Shown piece by piece: positions 41,883 to 55,394 of a DNA stretch of 64,000 bases. Source of the DNA: the human T2T-CHM13v2.0 reference genome, Homo sapiens; the NCBI RefSeq assembly GCF_009914755.1, contig NC_060931.1; one strand, given 5' to 3'. Positions within the stretch are counted from its first letter, which is position 1. Each line of letters begins with the position of its first letter. The notes under the pieces were generated by a model. It saw only the letters and a list, made by a program, of their open reading frames with translations. It was not told the DNA's origin and did no database searches. The translations under genes were made by a program, and so were the position numbers.

Positions 41883-43791
41883 AAAATGTCAATTGTGGAA
41901 TTCTTTGGCTCATTATTATGGCCCATTTAATCACAGGCCAAATAAAAAGTTCTTTACTAAACACAAAACTTGCATTATACGATGTTTGGCTTAAATAATG
42001 TTCCCTAATACTAGCAAAAACTCAGCATCAGGTCCTCAACCATATTTGGGTAAGTAAGATATAAGCATAGTTTGTAAAATGGTACTTCTTTGTTTAATCA
42101 TCTTTTAAAAATTTTAAGTGTTAAGATTGGCTTTACACCTAAACATTCACTTTGAGATATTCAAAGATTTTAATTTTTCTGCCTTAAGTAAAAAAAATAT
42201 GGCAGAAAACATTGAAGGGAATCAGCTAATGTGATATGGTGCTTTTAGAAAACTGTATTATTTGGCAATCGTTGCTTATTTCTGTCCTTATTTTCTGTGT
42301 TGCCTAACCAGGAAAGTGAAGTCTTAACAGCTCGGGCGATGTGGATTTGTGAGGGTATTTTCTGGGCTGTTGTGGCTGCCGCAGCTGCTGCTGGCTCATG
42401 AATCTTTCTAGCATTGCAGATACCTAGACTTGATCCTGCAGAGTAATTGAAGTGGTCAGATGCTTCTCCAGCTCTGGCTTATTATGAGCTTCTGTAAGAC
42501 AATGTAGGAAGGCAACAATAACTTTCCAGACTACTTCTTCCTTGCCAGCTAAAAGCATGTGCCAGAATAGATTGTAGATGCATGAGAGTCTTTGTTATAG
42601 TGACAAATAGATCTTAAGGAAGGGCTATGAGTTGAGAATAATTGCTAATTGAATTGATATGTCATATCTTTTCCAAGTCATTCTTTTGTACCACATTAGT
42701 GGATGACTTAAGTAGCAGTGCTCTCAAAAAGAGTGCTTCTTTAGCCCGTCTATCGCTACAAATTTATGCCTCAATCCTTCTTTCAAGCCACTTGTTCAGT
42801 CTCGTGCAAAGAAACTGTTTCAAAGGAAGCACTGATTTTTATTGGAAACAATGGAATCCAATTTCATTTAAAGTAAGGATATGTCTCATGTTAGCAGGGC
42901 TTTATCATTATTACTTTCAAAATTTATATTTCCTGTGATTATTTTGTGAATAAATTGTCATTCTTTTTGGGCTTAGCTATCATTATAAATACACATTCAA
43001 TTTTTTCTTAAAGAAAATATTGGAGAGTAGAACTGTGATCGAGCTCATCAACACTGAATAATATTTACTAAAAGATTAATCAAAACATGGTTGGAAATAT
43101 ATAATGTTTTTAATTATAATGATAAATATAATTTAGAGACAAAATTATCATCATAACGATAGCATCTAAAAGTATAACAATTCCAGTAGAAATTCAGTTC
43201 ATTATGAGCAAAACCACCACATTAGTTGGTTGACTGAGAATAGTCAAATGCTACTATCTGTTAATCTGTTCTTTGCCCACTGTCCTAACCTCATTGCTTA
43301 TTCCGGTTTATGGTAGGAACTAAATAAACATCTGTTGTATAAATAGTGAATGATTTGTCATTATGCCGATCTTTGTAAGTAGCTGAGCAGATACTGCCTA
43401 AGTGACTAAACCTCATGTGCTTTATGGTTCTGTTTCCCTGGCTGGCTCTCCCTCTCACTAATTAGCATTATTCTCTTCTCCAAACAACCCTAATGCCCTT
43501 ATGCCCAATGACCCAATGTCTGATTCACATCTATCGCAGCCAAGCCACATAGCATCAGTTTAGCTTATCTACTTCTCTATTGTTAGCCTCCTCAAATGTC
43601 TTTCTCTCTTTTTTCAGAGTATGTACTTATTTCTTCATCAGAGTCCTGGTGTATATCTGCGTGAAATTAAAATATTTCAGAGCAAGACCTAACATTTTCA
43701 GTTGCAGTGGTCCTTTTAGACAAGTCCTGGGATTCACATACTATGTACTGTGACACTTTCTTCACCATCCCTTAGTCATGACAAAAAGAAA

Positions 43792-43883
43792 TATGTATAT
43801 ATACATATATACACACACATATATATACACACATACATACATACACACATATTCACATATATATTCATATATATATATATATA
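43792..43883. repeat. compound (TA)n/(CA)n/(TACA)n microsatellite
   Basis: directly visible. Confidence 0.9.
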
Positions 43884-44151
43884 AAGTTTCTTAGAGGCAA
43901 GAAGAGAAGAAAATAGGAAAAAACCTTTATTTTCTCAATTGCATAGAATATAATCAGAATTTTGAACTACAATATTACTCCCAAATATATGTGACATTAA
44001 ATTTTGCCCACTTCTTTTACTCCCTGATAGGTAGCTAACAAGAGACAAAATTCACTCTGAAAAGCAAAGAGGGTGGGGCATCTCACAAAACAAGAGATTT
44101 AACATTGTATAATTTCTTGTGGTTACTATGTAGTTCTAAATGGTAGATGGC

Positions 44152-44484
44152 TGTCTTATCCATTTGGACTGTTGTAACAAAATACTATAAACTGATGGAT
44201 GGCTTACGAACAATAGAAAATTATTTCTCACAGTTTTGGAGGCTGGAAAAGTCTAAGATTAAGGTGCCAGCATATGTGGTGTCTGGTAAGAATCCACCCT
44301 TTTTTTTTTTCACAGATTGCTGTCTTTTCCCTGTAACCTCATCTAGAAGAAAAGATGAGGGAGCTCTCTGGGGCCTCCTTTATAAGGAAACCAATTCCAC
44401 CCTCTAAAAGTCTTACCCCTCAAAAGTCTCACCTCCAAATACTATCACGCTGGGGGTTAGGACATAAACATTCAGTCTATGGCA
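44152..44484 (-). mobile_element. MLT1A/MLT1A0 MaLR solo LTR
   Basis: tgtcttatccatttggactgttgtaacaaaatac...ttctcacagttttggaggctgg...gagctctctggggcctcctttataagg...aacattcagtctatggca. Confidence 0.9.
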
Positions 44485-44921
44485 ATGCCCTTCTAATAAT
44501 TAGATTTTAGATAATGAGATAATAATATAAATAATTAGATTTTTCTGATTTATACTCAAACTTCATTTTAACATTGACTTTTATTTTTTTAATTAGTGTA
44601 ATAATTTACACACCAATTCTCTTTAGAAAATCAAGAATTAAACACATATATTTCTGTATGTGTGTTTATACATACACAAAATACATATATATTTTTTAAA
44701 TTGGTCATTTATATTATTAATATTTATATCAACATGTTAATATATGTTAATATTGTTAACATAATATTTTATGTTACAAATACTATGTTTCATATGACAG
44801 GTGTTCCATCATCTTTTACATGACAAAAACAATTATTTTCATGTAACAGGTACCATGTTAAATGCTTCAAATTTATTATTTCACTTAATCTTTGACATGG
44901 GCATCTGATTTTTAGAGATTA

Positions 44922-47498
44922 CTGAAAAAAGAAGAGCTGGTATCATTCCTACTGAAAGTATTCCAAAAAAGTGAGGAGGAGGGACTACTTCCTAACTCAT
45001 TCTATGAGTGCAGCATCATCCTGATACCAATGCTTGGCAGAGATTCAACAAAAAAAGAAAACTTTAGGCCAATATCCTTGATGAACATCAATGAAAAAAT
45101 CCCCAACAAAATACTGTCAAACTGAATCCAGCAGCACACTGAACAGTTCATCCACCACAGTTAAGTGGGATTTATTCCTGGAATGAAAGTTTGGTTCAAC
45201 ATATGCAAATCAATAATGTGATTTATCACATAAGGAGAACTAAAGACAAAAACCATATGATTTTCCCAATACATGCATAAAAGCCTTTCAATGAAATTCA
45301 ATATCAATTCATGTTAAAAACTCTCAACAAACTAGGTGTTGAAGGAACATATCTCAAAATAATAAGGGCCATATATGACAAACCCACAGCCAACATCATA
45401 CTGAATGGGAAAAAGCTGGAAGCATTCCCATTGAAAACTGGCAGAAGAGAAGGACGCCCTCTCTCAACCATTCCTAGTCAACATAGTATTGGAAGTTCTA
45501 TTCAGGGCAATCAGGCAAGAGAAAGAAATGAAGGGAGGATGTCAAACTGTCTCTCTTTCCAGACAACATGATGCTATATCTAGGAAAATTGATAGTTTCA
45601 GTACAAAAGCTTCTAAAGCTGATAAATAACTTCAGCAAAGTCTCAGGATACAAAATAAATGTGCAAAAATCACTAGCATTCTTATACACCAAAAAAAAAA
45701 AAAAAAGAAAAAGTAAAGCCAAGAGCCAAAACAGGAACAATTCACAATTGACATGAAAAGAACAAAATACCTAGGAATACAGCTAACAAGGGAGGTAAAA
45801 GATCTCTACAAAGATAGCTACAAACCACTGCTCAAAGAAATCAGAGATGACATAAACAAGTGAAAAAACATTCCATATTCATAGATAGGAAGAATCAATA
45901 TTGTTAAAATGGCCATACTGCCCAAAGCAACGTATGGATTAAATGCTATGGCTATTAAACTACCATTGGCATTCTTCACAGAACTAGAGAAAACTATTTT
46001 AAAATTCATATGAAACCAAAAAAGAGCCCGAATAGCCAAGGCAATCCTGCGCAAAAAGAACAAAGCTGGAGGCGTCACACTACCTGACTTCAAACTCCAT
46101 TACAGGGCTACAGTAACCAAAACAGCATGTTACTGGTACAAAACCAGAAATGTAGACCAACAAAACAAAATTGAGAACCCAGAAATAAGATCGTACACCT
46201 ACAACCATCTGATCATTGACAAAACTGACAAAAACAAGCAATGGGGAAAGGATTCCCTATTAAATAAATGGTACTGGGATAACTGGGTAGCCACATGCAG
46301 ATGATTAAAACTGGACCCCTTCCTCACATCTTATACAAAAATTAACTCAAGATGGATTAAAGGCTTAAATGTAGAACCAAAAACTATAAAAACCATGGGA
46401 GACAACCTAGGTAATACTATTCAGGACATAGGCAAGGGCAAAGATTTCATGATGAAGATGCCAAAAGCAATTGCAACAAAAGCAAAAATTGACAAATGAG
46501 ATCTAATTAAGCTAAAGAGCTTCTGCTTAGCAAAAAGTAACTATCAACAGAGAAAACAGACAACCTACAGAATGGGAGAAAATTTTTGCAAACTATCTAT
46601 CTGACAAAGATCTAATATCCAGCATCTATAAGGGACTTAAATTTACAAAAACATTAAAAAGTGGGCAAAGGACATGAAAAGACACTTCTCAAAAGAAGAC
46701 ATACATGTGGCCAGCAAGCATATTAAGAAAAAGCTCAACACCACTGATCATTAGAGAAATGAAAATCAAAACGACAATGAGATACCATCTCATACCATTC
46801 AGAATGGCTATTATAAAAAAGTCAAAAATAACAGATGCTGTCAAGGTGGTGAAGAAAAAGGAACGCTTATAGACTGTTGGCGGGAGTGTAAATTAGTTCA
46901 ACCATTGTGGAAGACAGTGTGGCAGTTCCTCAAAGAACTGAAGATAGAATTTGCCCCAGCAATGCCGTTACTGGTTATATACCCAAAGGTATATAATTAT
47001 ATTGTAAAGACCCATGCACATGTATGTTTATTGCAGTATTGTTCAAAATAGTGAAGAATATGGAATCAACCTAAATGCCCATCTATGACAGATGGTATAT
47101 GGAGAATGTTGTACATATACACCATGGAATACTATGCAGTCATAAAGAAGAATGATACCATGTCTTTGCAGAGACAAAAATGGAGCTGGAGGTCATTATC
47201 CTTAGGAAACTAACACACAAACAGAAAACCAAATACCACATGTTCTCACTTATAAGTGGGAGATAAATGATGAGAACGCATGGACACACAGGGTGGAACA
47301 GCACACCGTGGGGCCTATTGGAAGGCAGAGGGTGGGAGGAAGGGGAGGATCAGGAAAAATAACTAATGGATACTTAGCTTAATACTTGGGTGATGAAATA
47401 ATGTGTACAACCACCCTCCATGACACAAGTTTACCTCTGTAACAAACCTGCTCATATACCCCTGAACTTAAAATAAAAGTTAGGAAAATAAAAATAAA
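44922..47498 (+). mobile_element. L1PA11-13-like LINE-1, about 2.6 kb, 5' truncated (ORF2 RT region to poly-A)
   Basis: ORF pieces [56 protein letters not shown]; frameshifts; FADD region degraded; 3'UTR ends cctgaacttaaaataaaagtt. Confidence 0.95.
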
Positions 47499-49214
47499 AG
47501 TGGTTCTGGCAGAAAGACAGGCAGACTCTAAGCTAGTCCTAACCTAAGTAGAGGTTGAAATATATTAGAGTGGTGGTGTATACGAAAACTGAAAGAGCTG
47601 AACTCTATAATAAAGTACAAAGTTTTGGGCTCAAATTGCCAGGGAAGAGAGTCCTATTTCTGAATTTGACACTGAGAATCACCTTTCCCCAAACAGCTAC
47701 GATAAGGGGCTCCATGTTAGCACTTCCCATAGCAACTGAGAAAGAAGAGTTCACCTATGCAACTGTTTTGGACTCCTCCTCCTCTGGCACAGCCTGGCTG
47801 ACATGAACAGTGCTTCACTACCTCACAGCCCAATTCGTCCATGGCTGATGAAACGTTAGCCTCAATCCAAGAACTACTTGTCCCCTGAAAAGACTTCCCA
47901 TGTCTCATATCTGCAAAGTGTCAAGGAGAAGAACATCTTTAATGAGGATTGCCCAGATTGCCCAGAACAGGCTGACTAGAAGCCTGTTCACCGGAAAACA
48001 CAGAATCATATGCAGCTCAATCACTAAAATTAAGCCACTGCAGGGGGGCTAGGATTATTGGGAATGTCTGACTTCATCCAGCTCCAGAATTCTGGCTCTA
48101 GCTTTCCATGTCCTAGTTACAACTGGATTTCTGACAATTCTGACCCAGTCAGTTCACAAAATTAAACTTTTCAGATCTGGATTCTCTCCTCAATGCATCC
48201 ATATACAGGACTGGGAGACCCATGGATGCATAATGGCTAAAAAGAGGAACTTTGACAAAAGATAAACTGGCTTTGTCATCTTGTGGCTAATGCTGGCAAG
48301 TAGAGATAAAAACAGCAGAAATATTTTTACACTGTACATAGAATGGAGTGATATAATCTTACTCCAAAATGTTAATAGACATGAATTTTAGGTGGTACTC
48401 AAGACCTGGCATAATTTTATTCCTCTCTAACTAATGAAAGTCTCTCAGTTCCTTGCTCTCTGGCCACCGTGAAACATTTTAAATTTTTAAACATGTTATA
48501 TGCTGCATCAAAATTTCTTGAGACGTTAAATTTTGATTAGTTTTTCTTGATTATTTTTAAACTCACCAAGTTGTCAAGATTTTCTGTTCTCTTGCTTTGG
48601 GAGTCGCAAAAACAAAATTTGCAAGCCACTTGCTTTCTTCCATAGCCTGAGTTATTTAAAGGTTTTGTGCAAGGTGAGTAGGGAGGGTAAGCATCTGTAA
48701 GGGTGAGGATTTGATGGCTGTTAGTGAGCTCTGCCAATGGAAGGGGCCCATGGCTGGCTTCCTCGTAAGGCCCCGTGGAGGATGTATAAAAAATTTAAGA
48801 ATGCTGTAACTTGGGAGCCAGGATTCTTTTCCATGAAGTGTTCTCTATGCTTAAAAATGTACAGAATCAGCAGAGCAGCTGGACTTCAAGGTATGACAAA
48901 GGCTAGACTACACACATCTTTTTTGTGACTATAATGAACTGAACTGAAAAGGCTTTCCTAGTTAAGGTTCAGGTTAAGATCACTGCTGTCATGTGGCTGA
49001 GAGAAATGTGATGGGAAGCCAGGATAATAACAGAGATTGAATCTCCCATTGTCTTGCAGAATTGGAGTATTGGAATCATTTTTAATTTGCTTCAAGGGAA
49101 AATAGAAAGTAGTATTTCTTCCTCATCTGAATTTACAGCATAAGCTTGATATGCACATCACTTGCTACTTTCTACCTCAAAGCATGAATGAATCTTTATC
49201 TCTCTGGTTCTTAT

Positions 49215-49552
49215 CTGTTAACTACTTTACGGCCTTCACTTAAAAGCCATTTTCTCAAGGAAAGTTTCTGTTACCCTCCTTTCCAGACTGAGTCAGTTCC
49301 CTCAATGATAGTATTTACTGGCCTTCTGTATTTCTACTTTGTATCATTTATCATAATTTTATTTAAATAATCAATAGTTATTCATAATTTAATGTCTTTC
49401 TCACTCCTCCTTCTGCAACAATAATACAAGTTCTAGGGTATAAGAGCTTAGTCTTTGTCGATTATTGCCCTCTTTCCAAACACCTAGCATAAGTGGTATA
49501 ATTATGTAGGGCAGGAACTCAATGCATATTGATTGAATGAAAGAATAAATAT
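49215..49552 (+). mobile_element. L2 3' end
   Basis: cacttaaaagccattttctcaaggaaagtttc...cacctagcataagtgg...aactcaatgcatattgattgaatgaaagaataaat. Confidence 0.7.
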
Positions 49553-49796
49553 AGAAGTGAATGGCCTAAAGTAAATTTGACTTGCAGATAAAGATATCTG
49601 CATGAAGTTATGTCTGAATGATATTATTTGGGGATAGTAAGAAGAAAATGTCTAAGACAGATTGCAAGACACTTAGAAAATACTGGGATGGCACTGAGCA
49701 CCAACCAATTTTCCACCAATGGTTCTTGAGAAGGCTGTCTCTCTCATAGACACTAGTCTCCTCAAGCCTGATAGACCCAGACTCCCTGACCACCTG

Positions 49797-49850
49797 TCAC
49801 ACACACACACAAATACAGAACACACAGGCACACATGCATACACACATACT
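49797..49850. repeat. imperfect (CA)n
   Basis: cacacacacacacaaatacagaacacacaggcacacatgcatacacacatac. Confidence 0.75.
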
Positions 49851-49908
49851 ACTGCTACAACCATCTCAGAGGGTAGAGAGGGATAGTCACCTAAAGAACA
49901 GAAAGAAG

Positions 49909-50262
<354 letters not shown>

Positions 50263-50304
50263 TTACTTACTTGTGTGACCCTCTTAAAAATATCTGTTTT
50301 ATCT

Positions 50305-50462
50305 ACTTAATTGTAAACTCATGATGGGATTGCATAGGTATAATGTAAAATGTAGACACTATGCCTATTTTATTCACTGCTAAATCTCCACTGGCTGCTA
50401 TGTAGGTGACATCAGTAAACACATGAATAGAAATTAAATACATTTGTTAATAAATGAATGGA
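50305..50462 (+). mobile_element. L2 3' terminal fragment
   Basis: ttgtaaactcatga..., tattcactgctaaatctcca, aaatacatttgttaataaatgaatg. Confidence 0.55.
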
Positions 50463-50932
50463 TATGGTAATAGATCTGGTTGGGTAAATTATTGCCAGCA
50501 GGGAAAACAATAAATGAGAAATATACAGTAAGCAACTTAAGGAAAAGATGCTTTTAAGTCAAGAGTAGCAGTTGGTAGCAAATTGGTAACTTGATATGAG
50601 TTATATAAATGTCACATTTTTTGGCTAAGTTATTACTACTTTGAAAGAAAATGTACTTTTAAAGTATTTTTGTATTCTTAAATTTAGCATTGTGTCTAAC
50701 ACATGAAAGTGAGTTAATATTGTTTGGAATCAATATACCAAGGGATAGTATAATTTAGTCCTTTTAGAGTCAGGCTTGGCAAAAACGGTGAGACAGCTTC
50801 TTACCACACCACATGCAAACCCTGACACTGTGTTTTCCCTTCTTCTTTTCTCTCCAGTGCAGTTTTTATTCTCCACTCTTTCTGATGCCTTCAGGGTTTC
50901 TTTCACAGGCACATCCAGAACAAGCCATTGGT

Positions 50933-50946
50933 GTTACCGTGGCAAC
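50933..50946. promoter_or_regulatory. RFX X-box motif GTTACCGTGGCAAC
   Basis: two inverted RFX half-sites (GTTRCC and GGYAAC) with the canonical 2-bp spacer, in apparently unique sequence; function untested. Confidence 0.45.
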
Positions 50947-51274
50947 AACTAAACTCTAGATTTGATGCTCAATCTTTCCTACTTTTATTTTCCTCTTCAG
51001 AAAGTACTTTCTCTCTGCCCTAGATCACTGCCATTCAAATAGGCCCAATTTCAAAGAGAAACAGAAAAAAATAGGTAATCAGTAAATTGTAATAAGGGTA
51101 ATCAGTAAGTTCGACTAACCCCTGTGAATCAGAAAAACAAGACAAAATAATTGAAATCTCTAATAACTTTAGATAAATTGTCTTTTTCCCCTGAACATTG
51201 TTTAGAAATTGTTCTAAAGTTGTTATCTAACAGCTTAAGACCAATTGTTTCCCCCCACCCAAGCATTTTATGTG

Positions 51275-51276
<2 letters not shown>

Positions 51277-51314
<38 letters not shown>
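51277..51314. repeat. (GT)19 microsatellite
   Basis: perfect dinucleotide run. Confidence 0.97.
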
Positions 51315-51317
<3 letters not shown>

Positions 51318-52134
51318 TGTAGATCCAAGGGAATAAAAATACTAAGGGTTAATGTCAAACAGTTGGAAAAAAAACTCAAGGGTCGTCAAGGCAAGGATAA
51401 ATCCCTCAGAGAATTAGCAAAGCAGAGCCTTCCCAGACTAAGCCCAACTCAGCTGCCTCCCATCCCTCTAACAATTCCCTTCCGCACTTGGGTATTTCCA
51501 AACAGCTGAGGTCGGCTTTTTACTTTTATAGCTAAAATAACAAATGGCAGGAATAGATCTTCATATTTGATGTTAGTCCCAACTAGATTTTATCCTCTGG
51601 GGGAGCAGAAATTGGGCTGTCTATATTTCATGAAACTCTTCATCATTGATGGTGAAAATTGGATTTGAGTCAAGCTCCTGCCTAAAAATTCATTTAGTGG
51701 TGGTAATAACAAATAGGTATTTGACAAATTATTTCTTCTCATCCTCAGCCCAATAAGTGAAAAAAAGGACAGCAGCTCCATGATGGTGGGCTCCTGAAAT
51801 TGGCAGACCCTTTATTCCATAGATACTGAAACCTGGGCACCTCTTTGAGGACCAAAGGATTCACACAGGGAGGGACGTTCTCTTGCACTATTATGGCTCT
51901 TTGACATTGTCTATATTTTTGGCATTGTTTGCCATGATGAAGAACTAGCAAACAAAGAAAAGTGACCCTAAAATGCTCAAATCAATCTTCTTACAAATGC
52001 TTATGCTTGGCAAGCCCTTGTGGCATGGCTTAATTTAGAAGAAATAAATAAATGAGATCAAAATCTTATTAATTAGTTTCTCATCATCTAGAATAAACTA
52101 TGTATCATAAGAGAAAAGATACATTTTTGTGGAA

Positions 52135-52310
52135 GCAAAATGTACATATCCCTTTACCTGGAGCAAAAACAGAGAAGTACATATGGAAACCCTGAGGCAA
52201 GAAAGGATTTCCAATGCTTAAGAGTCTAAAAGAATCATCATCTGGATCTAGAGTGTGCCAAGGGACGGAGCAAGTGGTATGTTATGAGACTGTAGAGCTG
52301 ACAGGGGATT
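52135..52310 (-). mobile_element. L2 fragment
   Basis: ccctgaggcaagaaagg...tggatctagagtgtgccaaggg...atgagactgtagagctgacaggg resembles antisense L2. Confidence 0.5.
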
Positions 52311-53836
52311 TCTGCCTTTGCCATGTCATCTACCTCTCCTTCCTTTGCTTAGATAGCCTCTCTCACTTTTCAGACACACTCAAACAAACTTGGACAGCTT
52401 GAGCCCTCTATGACATGCCTTAAAGCTGTAAAAACAAGACATTGTTTTAAAAGTGGTCTTAATTCTCTGCAAAATATGTTGCTAACATATAATGCAGGGT
52501 AATACATGATTTTAAGTAGTATGAGAAAAACTGATTGCACCTCTCTCACTCACATGAAACATGGAAAATTCTGATTCAACATATAAGATAAAATCTAAAA
52601 TTTATGTGGTAGAGTCTATGTCATTTGTCCATATTGAGAAGATGAGTGCTCTGTCTTTGTTTTATTAGCCATCCTTGCCCTAGAATGAGTAAAGGACTCA
52701 AGAGCGGACCTTACTATGAGGAAGAAGAAGGGAGAGAAAAAGAATATATCTCTCTGAAGTATTTCAGCAGAAGATAACAAATATTACTGGAAAGAGTTGA
52801 TGTGAAACCTGTGTACAATTTTAGGTACAGCCAGTTCTTGCTTGACCTAATTCCTTCACAGCATGGCCAGGGGTCCTAATGAAGTATCACCTACAGTTGT
52901 ACAGTTTTCCTTTGGATTTTGATTTATATCAATGCTGAGGATGATTATCATCCCATGAATTGCTGATAGCAGCAGTTAGATTCAAAGATATAATCATCTA
53001 TATCTGATAAAAACTCTATAGTCAAATCTTTACCACTAATGACCTACAACTGACTATAAAAAATACACAGAAAAAAAACAAAATAATTTTTAAAATGTGT
53101 ATTAGTATAGTAATACTTACTGGTTTTGTTGAGAAATTTGAGGTACATATTTTTTTTCATCCCCAGATCTAGTCAATTAGTTCAGCTGCTTTGAACATAT
53201 AGTTAACCCAAAGTAATATTTAACTTTTTTAATGTATACTGAACAAACTTTTATTCCTGGATGGACATAGTGATGTAATGCCTATTATAAAGCTATGAGA
53301 AAAGCAAATGTGAGACCTGGAGCTGAAAAACTACAAGCTCATCAGCACAAAAGTGGGAATCTTCAGTGGCCAAGCAGGTGAATAGCTATCTTCATATGTG
53401 CAAGGCAGTTTTATGGCATCACAATGAAACTGGAATTTTGTGCATAAATATAATCATATATTTAGTTACTAATTTATATGAAGAAACCAGTTGCTCTGAG
53501 TTAAAGAAGATAAGGAAATGAACATATGCTATGATACACATTTCAAAAATAAAACAGATGTTTTTAATACAGGAGGACAATAGAAATTTACTGATGGTGT
53601 TGAGTAGCTGAGTTAGATAGATTCTTTAAAGAGAGAAAACATAGTAACATTTTCAATATACCAGAGGCCTTAAAAAATCAATGTTTTTCTTTATAGTTCA
53701 ATTCACAGGAGATGTAAAGACATCAGTACTTTTCTTAGGGCATTGTGATTACCCTTACACAATAATCCAAAGATGAATTCATGAAAAATAAGCATGACTG
53801 ATCTTGCAATCACACGGTACAACCTTGTATTTTCTT

Positions 53837-54114
53837 TTTCTTTATTTCCTTTCTTTTCTTTTCTTTTTTTTTGAGATGGAGTCTCACTCTGTCGCCCAGG
53901 CTGGAATGCAATCACTGCAACCTCTGCCTCCCAGGTCCAAGCGATTCACCTGCCTCAGCGCCCTCCACCACACCTGGCTAATTTTTGTGTTTTTAGTAGA
54001 GATGGGGTTTCACCATGTGGGCCAGGCTAGTCTAAAACTCCTGACCTAAGGTGATCCACTTGTCTTGGCTTCCCCAAGTGCTGGGATTACAGGTGTGAGC
54101 CATCGCGCCTGGCC
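53837..54114 (-). mobile_element. AluS (Sx/Sz-like) with two right-arm deletions
   Basis: 16-bp TSD aaccttgtattttctt at 53821-53836 and 54116-54131; (CTTTT)-like tail. Confidence 0.96.
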
Positions 54115-55394
54115 TAACCTTGTATTTTCTTGTTTTTTTTTTTTCTGTCTTTAAAGGTTTCTTTTCCATTCCTTAAAGTTCACAGGATATAATATGACTA
54201 GTTCCCTTTATATTTCTGACAGTTTATTGTTAGAGATTTATGAATGTGCTTATATGATTATAAGAATACTAATTAAAGTCCCATACCAGAATAAAGAGGA
54301 ATCTAAACAACTAACTTCTGCCATTAAAGACTAAAGATGATAGAGGTCACCTTAAGCAAGATTTTGGAAAAGGCGAAGGTAAACTTTCTTCATTTGTGCT
54401 ACTCTTCCATTTTCAATACCACTTTTAGACTTGGGGAAGGAGATACCTTGCCCTAGACCCCATGCTTGAGAGCAGTGATCCTCAACATGTCTATGATCAA
54501 ATACGAAATTTGCATTTCTAATTCTTTGAGGTTAAATATTTTCATAAAATGTAATGATATTATGGCCATTCCAAAGTGCAGTAAAATTCTTTCAATGCTT
54601 ATTCTCAATATCTACACTTTCCTTTTGACAGACGGTTCCCCAGGGCATGTTCACTGACATCAAGGTGCAGAACTTACTTTAAGTAGCACTACGTATGAGG
54701 GCTGTACATCTCACAAACAAAACAGAAAGACAATAACTTTAGTAAAAAGTAAATTGACACTTTTGTCATTAGGTCTGGCAGTCAGTGCAGGCACCATACG
54801 ACTCCTAATTCTAAACATCTACTCTCAGGATGGATACCATTCAAGCCCAAGGAAAACCAATGCTTCTTTTCATCTATGGACTCAAGTCCCAGAAAGCAGA
54901 GAAGTGAGTGTACCAAGTGCAACAAACGTTTGAGCATTGTTCTGCTGCCAATATTGAAGACAGCCACTGCTTTGAAGTGTGGGGAGGAGGTAAGCAAAGG
55001 TAGCATTTTCCTAAGAGAAAAAAAATTAGCTTGTCAAATATTTCTTCTTTGTCAGCATGACTGTAATAGGTTCCTGCATAATAAAACATTATTTCCCAGT
55101 AATGCCAGACATTAGTTTTTTTCTTTCTCTTTTTGTTCTGATACATGGTTCCCAGAGATATGTGATATTGTGGCATAGGTCATATGAGGAACATAGGACA
55201 AAATTAAACAATTAAAATTTCTTTTAAACAAATAAATTTGCATATTCATATATACATATCAATCACATATGTAAGAGAAAGTATTAAGAAAATTACATAC
55301 TTTAACAATTAGATGAATGTTTATTGCTAAGATAATAAATTATATTTTAAAGAAAAAATATCGGCTTTATAAATACTATTAATATAGGATTTTA

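Noticed and set aside
47520-48350. GC-richer block with small ORFs and a gattgccca direct repeat
   Set aside because: No recognisable protein. It may be an old LTR that I cannot assign, so no feature is called.
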